Position numbers and translations under genes: made by a program. From contig JAJDAP010000034.1 of the NCBI GenBank assembly GCA_029261795.1, forward strand, positions 9,858 through 73,857: a stretch of 64,000 nt of DNA. Reading direction: 5' to 3'. The number at the start of each line of letters is the position of its first letter. Position 1 is the first letter of the stretch. The stretch is from Deltaproteobacteria bacterium. GTDB lineage: Bacteria; Myxococcota_A; UBA9160; UBA6930. Under the pieces are notes generated by a model that did not search any database, was not told where the DNA came from, and saw only the letters and a program-made list of their open reading frames with translations. Shown here piece by piece: positions 17,040 to 24,998 of the stretch.

Positions 17040-17296
17040 GGTTCCTGGCCTGGCTGCGAGGCGTCACCCCCAGTGGCGTGCGATCCGGGACCCTTGTGCC
17101 CGCGGTGCATGAACACGTGCATCAGTGGACAGATCGCGAGAATCATCCATGGCAGATACGCGATCACGTGTGCCCGGTGCTCGGCCCACAGGAAGTAGGC
17201 TGCGGCAGCCGCAAACACACCAAAAGCGATGCGTCTGGAGAGCGCGCCGTCCGCGCCGGGCTCCTGGGTCACAGGGCTGGACCGCAGCTCATCCAT
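17036..17296 (-). CDS. DUF2933-family small membrane protein
   Basis: AEHRAH...LPWMILAICPLMHVFMHRGH signature; start moved to ATG 17296. Confidence 0.85.
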   Translation of the reverse strand: MDELRSSPVTQEPGADGALSRRIAFGVFAAAAAYFLWAEHRAHVIAYLPWMILAICPLMHVFMHRGHKGPGSHATGGDASQPGQEP

Positions 17297-17334
17297 CGGG
17301 TCCCCGGAAATCTTTGTTGCCCATCGTCCGAGAC

Positions 17335-17361
17335 TACGGCGCACGCCCCCGGGTGGTGACC
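17335..17361 (-). promoter_or_regulatory. Putative ECF promoter copy 7: GGTCAC-N17-CGTA
   Basis: Minus strand GGTCAC cacccgggggcgtgcgc CGTA; 39 nt before ATG 17296. Confidence 0.78.
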
Positions 17362-17365
17362 GATC

Positions 17366-17391
17366 GGTCACGATTCCGGGTCTTGAACGTA
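17366..17391 (+). promoter_or_regulatory. Putative ECF promoter copy 8 (cus operon): GGTCAC-N16-CGTA
   Basis: GGTCAC gattccgggtcttgaa CGTA; 46 nt before GTG 17437; shares GGTCACGAT.CCG with copy 1. Confidence 0.78.
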
Positions 17392-17436
17392 GAACGCACT
17401 GCGCTTGCAAAGCAGCTCGCCCGATCGAGGAGTCAA

Positions 17437-17709
17437 GTGGCACAATTCATTGGGGATATCGCTTTCCTGTTCGAACTGGGCCTCGTTGCGGTGGGGATCG
17501 TGCTGATTCATTTTGGACGCGAGCGCTCGGCCGGCATGCTCAGGACCGCGGGGTGGATCCTCGTCATAGGTGCCTTGGGCACCGCGATCTGCACTAGTGT
17601 CTTCTGGTTCCGGTACCTGCAGGCGGGCGACTTCGACCGGGCCGAGGCGGCTCCGTTCGTGGAGTTTGACCACGACCTCGATTCCCCCGGCATCGCGCTG
17701 CTCGGATGA
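17437..17709 (+). CDS. Small 2-TM hypothetical protein heading the cus operon
   Basis: GTG start with AGGAG RBS; two hydrophobic helices and an acidic C-tail; 90 aa. Confidence 0.6.
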   Translation: MAQFIGDIAFLFELGLVAVGIVLIHFGRERSAGMLRTAGWILVIGALGTAICTSVFWFRYLQAGDFDRAEAAPFVEFDHDLDSPGIALLG

Positions 17710-17757
17710 CGATGTGTGGTGCTCGCACGCGGCGACACAACACCAAGAGGCGGCGAG

Positions 17758-19068
17758 ATGAAGACAGACACGAGCAATGCGACCGGAAGGAAGCCGCTCC
17801 TGACCCTGGCGTTGCTGGGTGGATGCCTGTGCCTGATTGGAGCGGCAGATCCGCCGTCCGAAGCACCGCCGGACCCTTTGCCACTCTCCTGGTGCTTGGA
17901 GCGTGGCGAAGTCGCGAACCCTGATCTGGAGATTGCGCAAACGATGGCGGAGGCCGCCGACGCGCGCGTGTACCCGGCCGGCGCGCTCCCTGACCCTCGC
18001 TTCCGCTACGAACTCAGCAATGTGCCCACGGGAGATCTCGACCTCGACTCAACGGCTCTTTCTGGTCAGCAACTCGGCCTGAACCAACGCGTTCCCTTCC
18101 CCGGACTCCTCGGGAGCCAACGAAGGGCGGCGCGATCCGCCGCCAACGCCTCGAAGGAGACAGCCGGCGACGAGTCCCGGCGAATCGCCGCCGCGGTCGA
18201 GCAGGCTTGGGTCGAACTCGGGTTCGCCCAACGCGCCCTCGAAGTCACGATCGAGAACATCGACCTGCTACGCCAGCTCGCACAGATAGCAGAGGCCAAA
18301 TACCGCGTCGGAGTTGGGCTCCAGCAGGATGTGATCCGTGCCCAGGTTGCGATTACCGAACTCCTGGACGAACGCCTTCGGCGGCGGGCTTCGATCCGCT
18401 CGTCCGAGGCGCGCCTCAGTGGCTTGCTCGACCTTGGGCCCGAAACGCGGCTTCCACGAACCGCTTCTCTTCGCGAGGCGACTCCACTCCCTGAGCTGGC
18501 GTCTCTTCTCGCGGAGCTGGAATCCACGAGTCCGCGCCTGCGCGCTGCGGCCCAACGCGTCGATGAGGCAGAGCATCGGAAGCGGGTGGCGCAGCTCGAG
18601 GGCTACCCCGACTTCGACCTCGGTCTTGGCTACCGCGTGCGGCGCAAGGTCCCCGGAGATCCAGTCGGTGGAGACGATTTCCTCGGCGCGAGCGTCACGA
18701 TTCGGTTGCCGGTCGACCGGCAGAAATGGAACTCGCAGGTTGCCGAACGGGACGCTCTGGTGCGGAGCAGCCGCGCAGGGTACCGACGGTTGCGCGCTGC
18801 GTTGCGCGACGTGCTTCGAAGTCGCCACGCAGACCTCGACCGCGCGGACCAGGAGATCGCACTTCTCGAGGGAGGGCTCGTGCCCCAGGCACGTCAATCC
18901 CTGGATTCGAGTCGTTCTGGCTATGAGGTCGACAAGGTGGACTTCCTGAGTCTGATCGACAGCCAGGTCAGGTTGCTCAACGCGCAGCTCCGCCTGGAGC
19001 GTGCGATAGCCGATCGCCGCGCGGCGTTCGCCGGGGTAGAGGCCACAATGGGAGTGAACCTGCGATGA
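17758..19068 (+). CDS. cusC: TolC-family outer membrane factor (CusC-like)
   Basis: Signal peptide; NPDL, ALPDP, YRVGVGLQQDV, GYEVDKVDFLSLIDSQ OMF repeats; first of a CBA trio. Confidence 0.88.
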   Translation: MKTDTSNATGRKPLLTLALLGGCLCLIGAADPPSEAPPDPLPLSWCLERGEVANPDLEIAQTMAEAADARVYPAGALPDPRFRYELSNVPTGDLDLDSTALSGQQLGLNQRVPFPGLLGSQRRAARSAANASKETAGDESRRIAAAVEQAWVELGFAQRALEVTIENIDLLRQLAQIAEAKYRVGVGLQQDVIRAQVAITELLDERLRRRASIRSSEARLSGLLDLGPETRLPRTASLREATPLPELASLLAELESTSPRLRAAAQRVDEAEHRKRVAQLEGYPDFDLGLGYRVRRKVPGDPVGGDDFLGASVTIRLPVDRQKWNSQVAERDALVRSSRAGYRRLRAALRDVLRSRHADLDRADQEIALLEGGLVPQARQSLDSSRSGYEVDKVDFLSLIDSQVRLLNAQLRLERAIADRRAAFAGVEATMGVNLR

Positions 19069-20549
19069 CCGGCGGACGCTGGATCCTGACGATCACACTG
19101 GTAGCCGCCGCAGCCGTCGGCGGCTGGTGGCTGGGGAAGAGCAGCGACAACGCAACCAGCGCGGCCGCCGCGGACGGTCCTTGTCCCGGAGGCGCGAACG
19201 CCCTCTACTGGAAGGCACCGATGGACCCGACCTACGTCCGGGACGCGCCCGGCAAGAGCCCGATGGGTATGGACATGGTGGCGGTGTGTCCGGGCGGCGA
19301 GTCCGCAGACGCAGAGGGCGGCGTCCGGATCGAGCCGGGCCTCGTGCAGAACATGGGCGTGCGCGTCGAAGCTGTCGTCCGTCAGGACCTCGCGCGCAAG
19401 GTGCGGACTGTCGGTCGCGTCGCCTATGACGAGCGCCGGGTCGACCACGTGCATACGAAGATCCAAGGCTGGATCGAGCGTCTCTTCGTCGAGTATGAGG
19501 GCGAACCCGTACGTCGCGGCCAACCGCTCCTCGAAATCTACTCGCCGGAACTCGTCTCGACCCAGGAGGAACTCCTGCTTGCGGCGCGCTACCGCGACTC
19601 GACTCGCGGGAGCCAGTTCGAGGATGTTTCGCGCGGAGGCGAGGATCTTCTGCAAGCCACGCGTCGACGGCTCGAGCTCTGGGACATCTCGAAGCGCGAC
19701 ATCGACCGCCTTCTCGAAACCGGAGAGGTGCGCAAGAACCTCACGCTATATGCGCCGACCGAGGGCGTCGTGACGCACCTCATGGTTCGAAAAGGCATGG
19801 AGGTCGGACCCAACAACAATCTCTACACGATCGCCGATCTCTCTCGCGTCTGGGTGTATGCGGATGTCTACGAGTACGAGCTTCCGTGGGTGCGAGAGGG
19901 GCAGAAGGCGACAATCGACCTGAGTTACCTGCCGGGTCGCAGCTTCGAGGGATCGGTGACCTATGTCTACCCGTTCCTCGACCCGAAGACGCGCACAGCG
20001 CGCGTCCGCGTCGAGCTCGACAACGCGGATCTGACGCTCAAGCCGGACATGTTCGCCAACGTCACCATCGAGACGACGACGCGCGAGGGCGTCCTCGCCG
20101 TTTCCGAAGAGGCGGTGATCCGCTCTGGGAGGCGCACCCTCGTCTTCGTGGCTATGGGCGAGGGACGCTTCTCACCTCGCGAAGTGACGCTCGGGATCGA
20201 CTCCGGCGACGGTTGGGTGGAGATCCAAGACGGTCTCCGCGAAGGGGATCGGGTCGTCACATCCGGCCAGTTCCTGATTGACAGCGAAAGCAAGCTCCAG
20301 GAAGCCGTCCAGAAGATGCTCCGGACGGAGCCCTCCGCGGAAATGGGCGCCGACGACGATTCGGCCCCCGTCGATCCGCCCGATATCGGCAGCATGGATA
20401 TGGGCGGGGAGGGAACTCCGGAGATGCAGGATCCGCATGCGGGGCACCAGATGCCCGAACCCGACGCCGATATGGATGCTCACACCGGCCACTCAATGGG
20501 CGGGCCGACCTCGGCAGCGCCCGCGCGCGAAGAAGGAGCCGGGGAGTAG
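19065..20549 (+). CDS. cusB: RND periplasmic adaptor, CusB-like, with N-terminal Met motif and C-terminal His/Met tail
   Basis: YWKAPMDPTY...PGKSPMGMDM; IYSPELVSTQEE; YPFLDPKTRT..R; LKPDMFAN; FLIDSESKL. Confidence 0.92.
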   Translation: MTGGRWILTITLVAAAAVGGWWLGKSSDNATSAAAADGPCPGGANALYWKAPMDPTYVRDAPGKSPMGMDMVAVCPGGESADAEGGVRIEPGLVQNMGVRVEAVVRQDLARKVRTVGRVAYDERRVDHVHTKIQGWIERLFVEYEGEPVRRGQPLLEIYSPELVSTQEELLLAARYRDSTRGSQFEDVSRGGEDLLQATRRRLELWDISKRDIDRLLETGEVRKNLTLYAPTEGVVTHLMVRKGMEVGPNNNLYTIADLSRVWVYADVYEYELPWVREGQKATIDLSYLPGRSFEGSVTYVYPFLDPKTRTARVRVELDNADLTLKPDMFANVTIETTTREGVLAVSEEAVIRSGRRTLVFVAMGEGRFSPREVTLGIDSGDGWVEIQDGLREGDRVVTSGQFLIDSESKLQEAVQKMLRTEPSAEMGADDDSAPVDPPDIGSMDMGGEGTPEMQDPHAGHQMPEPDADMDAHTGHSMGGPTSAAPAREEGAGE

Positions 20550-20552
20550 CGC

Positions 20553-23500
20553 ATGCTGCGACGAATCATCGAGGGCTCCGCGCGAAATCCGCTTCTCGTC
20601 GGCCTGGCCACCGTCGCGCTCATCCTATGGGGCGGCTACGCCACCTACAACATGCCGCTCGACGCGATCCCGGACCTCTCCGACGTCCAGGTGATCGTCT
20701 TCACCGAATTTCCGGGCCAAGCACCCCAGGTCGTCGAAGACCAGGTCACCTACCCGCTCACGACATCGATGCTTGCGGTGCCGTTTGCCAAGACCGTGCG
20801 CGGTTATTCGTTCTTCGGCTTCTCGTTCGTATACGTGATCTTCGAGGACGGGACCGATCTCTACTGGGCGCGCTCGCGGGTGCTCGAGTACCTGAACTTC
20901 GTCGCGGGGCGTCTCCCACCCGGTGTCACGCCTAGCCTGGGCCCCGACGCGACGGGCGTGGGTTGGGTCTATGAGTACGCGCTGATCGATCCGACCGGCA
21001 AGCACGACCTCGCCGAGCTTCGCTCGCTCCAGGATTGGTACCTCCGATACGAGCTTCAGACCGTCTCTGGCGTGGCCGAGGTCGCCTCGATCGGCGGCTT
21101 CGTGCGTCAATACCAGGTCGAAGTTGAGCCCAACGCGCTCGCCGCCTATGGCATCTCGCTCTCGGCAGTGCGCCATGCGATCCAACGCAGCAACAACGAC
21201 GTCGGTGGGCGGCTCGTCGAGATGGCCGAGTCCGAGTTCATGGTCCGGGGACGGGGTTACATCAAGTCGATCGACGACCTCGAACAGATCGCCATCGGGA
21301 CCGACGGGCGCGGTACACCCGTCCTGCTTCGCGACGTGGCGAACATCCACACGGGGCCGGAGCTTCGGCGGGGCCTCACGGAGCTGAATGGCGAAGGCGA
21401 GGTGGCCGCCGGAATCGTCGTGATGCGCTTCGGCGAAAACGCGCTCGAAGTCATCCAAAACGTGAAGGCCAAACTCGAGACGCTCAAGGCCGGCCTGCCG
21501 CCGGGCGTCGAGATCGTCGAAGTGTACGACCGCGCGGACCTCATCGAGCGCGCCGTCGACAACCTGCAAGAGAAGCTCCTCGAGGAGGTCGCGATCGTCG
21601 CGCTGGTGTGCGTGCTCTTTCTCTTCCACCTGCGCAGTGCCTTGGTCGCCGTCCTGACGCTTCCGCTCGGCATCCTGGTCTCGTTCACCGTGATGTATCA
21701 CCAGGGACTCAACGCCAACATCATGTCCCTCGGCGGAATCGCCATCGCGATCGGTGCCATGGTCGATGCAGCCGTGGTGATGGTCGAGAACGCGCACAAG
21801 CACCTGGAGCGCGACGAAGGGAAGAAGCCGCGATCGGAGATCCTGATCGAGGCCGCAGCCGAGGTGGGTCCCGCGCTCTTCTTCTCGCTGCTCATCATCA
21901 CCGTCTCCTTCCTGCCCGTCTTCAGCCTCCAGGCCCAGGAGGGACGACTCTTCACTCCCCTCGCCTTCACCAAGACCTACGCGATGGCGGGTGCTGCATT
22001 CCTCGCCATCACGATAGTGCCGCTCCTGATGATCTGGTTCATCCGAGGCAACATCGTTGCCGAACACCGCAATCCACTGAACCGCTTCCTGCTCTGGCTC
22101 TACGCACCCGTCATTCGCTTCGTTCTTCGTTACAAGGTCTCGGTATTGCTGGGTGCCCTCGCCCTGCTGGTCGTGACGGTGCTGCCCCTCCGACAGTTGG
22201 GCTCGGAATTCATGCCCCCGCTGAACGAGGGCGATCTTCTCTACATGCCGACCACCCTGCCCGGGATCTCGATCACGAAGGCGCGCGAGATCCTCCAGCA
22301 GACCGACCGCATGATCCGCCAGTTCCCCGAGGTCCATCACGTCTTCGGCAAGATCGGCCGGGCCGAGACCGCCACTGACCCTGCACCACTGTCCATGATC
22401 GAGACCACGATCATGCTCAAACCGCCCGATGAGTGGCGGCCCGGAATGACCATCCAGAAGCTCATCTCGGAACTCGACAAGGCGGTGCGATTGCCCGGCG
22501 TAACGAACGCCTGGACGATGCCGATCAAGACACGCATCGACATGCTCTCGACCGGGATCAAGACGCCGGTGGGGATCAAGGTTGCCGGCCCCGATCTCGA
22601 GATCCTGCAGGATCTCGGTGAACAGATCGAAGCGATCCTCCAGAACGAGCCCGGCACCCTGAGTGTCTTCGCCGAGCGCGTCGTCGGTGGCAACTACCTC
22701 GACTTCGAGATCGATCGGCGCGAGATTGCCCGTTACGGACTCACCGTTGGCGACGTGCAGGACGTGATCCAGTCCGCGATCGGCGGCCGCAACGTCACGT
22801 TCACCGTCGAGGGGCTCGAGCGCTACCCGGTGAACCTTCGGTATTCGCGCGAGCTACGCGACAACCTGACGATGTTGCGCCGCGTGTTGGTGCCCACACC
22901 GACGGGAGCGCAGGTTCCTCTCTCGCAACTTGCCACGCTCGAGATCAAGAAGGGCCCCCCGTCGATCAAGAGCGAGAACGCCCGACTCAACGCCTGGATC
23001 TACGTCGACCTCGACGGTGTCGATGTCGGGACCTGGGTCAACCGGGCGAAGGTGACCCTCGAGCAGGAACTCACGTTGCCGGCGGGCTACAGCATTGCCT
23101 GGAGCGGGCAATACGAGTACATGGAGCGCGCGGCCGAGCGCCTTCAGATCGTCGTCCCGATCACGCTCGGGATCATCTTCCTGCTGCTCTACCTCAACTT
23201 CCGACGACTCTCGGACGCCTTGATCGTGATGTTGACGCTCCCGTTCGGATTGATCGGCGGTGTGTGGCTGCTCTGGTCGCTCGACTACGACCTCAGTGTC
23301 GCGGTGGGTGTCGGCTTCATTGCCCTGGCAGGTGTCTCGGCAGAATTGGGCGTGATCCTTCTCGTCTTCCTCGAAGAAGCCGTCTCCCGCTTCGAACGCG
23401 AAGGGCGCCTCCGCACAAAGGCCGACCTGCTCGCGGCGGTACGCGAGGGCGCGGGCCTCCGCGTACGACCGATCATGATGACGGTGACGTCCACGATCGC

Positions 23501-23681
23501 GGGCCTCCTTCCGATCATGTGGGGATCCGGGACCGGCTCCGAGACGATGCGTCGCATCGCCGCACCCATGGTGGGGGGACTCCTGTCGGCAACGGTGCTG
23601 ACGCTGGTCGTGATCCCGGTCCTCTTCTCGCTGGTGCGCGGCTCGAAGCTTCCCGACGCGGAGACCGCGCAGCCCGACTGA
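20553..23681 (+). CDS. cusA: Heavy-metal RND permease CusA/SilA (Cu+/Ag+)
   Basis: LDAIPDLSDVQV, AMVDAAVVMVEN, Met-triad contexts LLYMP / PLSMIET / RIDML, R.RP.MMT, RIAAPMVGG. Confidence 0.95.
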   Translation: MLRRIIEGSARNPLLVGLATVALILWGGYATYNMPLDAIPDLSDVQVIVFTEFPGQAPQVVEDQVTYPLTTSMLAVPFAKTVRGYSFFGFSFVYVIFEDGTDLYWARSRVLEYLNFVAGRLPPGVTPSLGPDATGVGWVYEYALIDPTGKHDLAELRSLQDWYLRYELQTVSGVAEVASIGGFVRQYQVEVEPNALAAYGISLSAVRHAIQRSNNDVGGRLVEMAESEFMVRGRGYIKSIDDLEQIAIGTDGRGTPVLLRDVANIHTGPELRRGLTELNGEGEVAAGIVVMRFGENALEVIQNVKAKLETLKAGLPPGVEIVEVYDRADLIERAVDNLQEKLLEEVAIVALVCVLFLFHLRSALVAVLTLPLGILVSFTVMYHQGLNANIMSLGGIAIAIGAMVDAAVVMVENAHKHLERDEGKKPRSEILIEAAAEVGPALFFSLLIITVSFLPVFSLQAQEGRLFTPLAFTKTYAMAGAAFLAITIVPLLMIWFIRGNIVAEHRNPLNRFLLWLYAPVIRFVLRYKVSVLLGALALLVVTVLPLRQLGSEFMPPLNEGDLLYMPTTLPGISITKAREILQQTDRMIRQFPEVHHVFGKIGRAETATDPAPLSMIETTIMLKPPDEWRPGMTIQKLISELDKAVRLPGVTNAWTMPIKTRIDMLSTGIKTPVGIKVAGPDLEILQDLGEQIEAILQNEPGTLSVFAERVVGGNYLDFEIDRREIARYGLTVGDVQDVIQSAIGGRNVTFTVEGLERYPVNLRYSRELRDNLTMLRRVLVPTPTGAQVPLSQLATLEIKKGPPSIKSENARLNAWIYVDLDGVDVGTWVNRAKVTLEQELTLPAGYSIAWSGQYEYMERAAERLQIVVPITLGIIFLLLYLNFRRLSDALIVMLTLPFGLIGGVWLLWSLDYDLSVAVGVGFIALAGVSAELGVILLVFLEEAVSRFEREGRLRTKADLLAAVREGAGLRVRPIMMTVTSTIAGLLPIMWGSGTGSETMRRIAAPMVGGLLSATVLTLVVIPVLFSLVRGSKLPDAETAQPD

Positions 23682-23758
23682 GCTCGAGGCTTCCTCGTCC
23701 ATCTCGGATGCATCCGCATGCTTTCGAAGCGTTTCTGGGATGCGCTCTAGCCCCGGGG

Positions 23759-24412
23759 CTAGGCCCTTGGCGCCTCCCATTGGGAACGCTTCGGCACGAT
23801 GAAGGTGCCCTCCGCTTCGCAGAAGATCTCGCCGTCGGCGGCGAGTGCGCTCCGGGTCAGCACCTTGCGTTCGCCCTCGGCCACGTGGCTGACCTCGAAG
23901 CTGAGATCCCGCAGCAGCGGGGTGCCTCGCAGGTAGCGCACGGCGAGGGTCCCGGTCATCGCCGGTACCTGGGCGTAGAGGTTGTGCTGGCCCAGGATCT
24001 GATCGAAGAAGTGCGCGATATAGCCCCCGTGGACGCAACCAGGCGGGCCTTCGAAGGTGATCCCGAAGCGGACGGTTCCTCGCGTCACGCCGTCTTCGTG
24101 GCGGATCTCGAGATCCGGGCGCACCGGGTGGTAGCTGCCCATCACCACGCCGGTCATGAAGAACGGGCGCTGTCCCGCGGGTTCGGGCCCCATACGCGGC
24201 ATGACGTCGTCGAGGTCATGGGCCCGAAGGCGCTCGGTCAGGGCGTCGATGCGGCCACACTCCTCGCCTACGGCCCGAGCAGATGCGTCGGAAAGCTCGG
24301 CGATTCGGGCGGCGGTCTCGATCAGGCCTCGGAGGCTCTCGGCCAACTCGATCAGGGGTTCGGGAGGCTTGTTCCCTACGGGGCTCATCCCGGGTGAGGT
24401 GGAATCTGTCAT
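23759..24412 (-). CDS. PaaI/hotdog-fold thioesterase
   Basis: FEGPPGCVHGGYIAHFFDQILG, MTGTLAVRY..TPL; start moved to ATG 24412. Confidence 0.85.
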   Translation of the reverse strand: MTDSTSPGMSPVGNKPPEPLIELAESLRGLIETAARIAELSDASARAVGEECGRIDALTERLRAHDLDDVMPRMGPEPAGQRPFFMTGVVMGSYHPVRPDLEIRHEDGVTRGTVRFGITFEGPPGCVHGGYIAHFFDQILGQHNLYAQVPAMTGTLAVRYLRGTPLLRDLSFEVSHVAEGERKVLTRSALAADGEIFCEAEGTFIVPKRSQWEAPRA

Positions 24413-24431
24413 GGCAGCGGTGTAGCGAAAA

Positions 24432-24450
24432 TCGCCTTTCGGAAAGGCGA
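24432..24450. other. Perfect 9-bp inverted repeat TCGCCTTTC-G-GAAAGGCGA flanked by A tracts (terminator-like on the minus strand)
   Basis: Seen directly; followed by TTTT on the minus strand, about 20 nt upstream of the thioesterase start. Confidence 0.4.
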
Positions 24451-24655
24451 AATAAAGGCGAAACTGTGTGACCGGAACTGTCACACCGCATCTGTTCAAT
24501 GACGCTTGCCAAGGGCCACCCCCCAGCCCGAGGTTTCGTCAGGAAGACCGCTGGCCACCCCCTCAAAACGGATCAGCGCTTCCAGACGAGACCCCGGGCT
24601 TGGTTCTCGGTCGACGGACAACCGACGGCATTCACGAGGAAAACGAGGAAATCCC

Positions 24656-24982
24656 ATGAGAACCCACCTTCACAGCAATCAACCCGGTCAGCTCCCCCAG
24701 CATCAGCGTCAGCGTGAGGAGCCGAACGCTTTTCTTGCCGAACTGCCCGCCGCGACGCGTACGGTGAGCCGATGCGTTGTCTGCGGTTTCACCGAGGTGT
24801 TCACCGACGAGGTCGTCGACCGGGGCTGGGTACTGCTCGCCGAATGTCCCCATTGCGATCACCGCTGGACCCAGGCTTTGGCAGGCCCGCTCTCGGTCAG
24901 TGCGCCAGCGCCTCGCGCGACCGCGGCGCCGGCGCAGATTCCAGCGCCGGTTCGTCGCCGCCGAGCGCCGGTAGCGGCCTGA
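24656..24982 (+). CDS. Small zinc-ribbon protein (CVVC...CPHC) with Pro/Ala/Arg tail
   Basis: ATG 24656 with GAGGA RBS; two CxxC pairs 21 residues apart; 16 nt upstream of the ArsA pair. Confidence 0.6.
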   Translation: MRTHLHSNQPGQLPQHQRQREEPNAFLAELPAATRTVSRCVVCGFTEVFTDEVVDRGWVLLAECPHCDHRWTQALAGPLSVSAPAPRATAAPAQIPAPVRRRRAPVAA

Positions 24983-24998
24983 CGGATACCCTCCCGGT

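Noticed and set aside
24466-24486. TGTGA...TCACA as a CRP/FNR box or a further ECF promoter
   Set aside because: The spacer is 9 nt (CRP needs 6) and there is no CGTA at the right distance on either strand.
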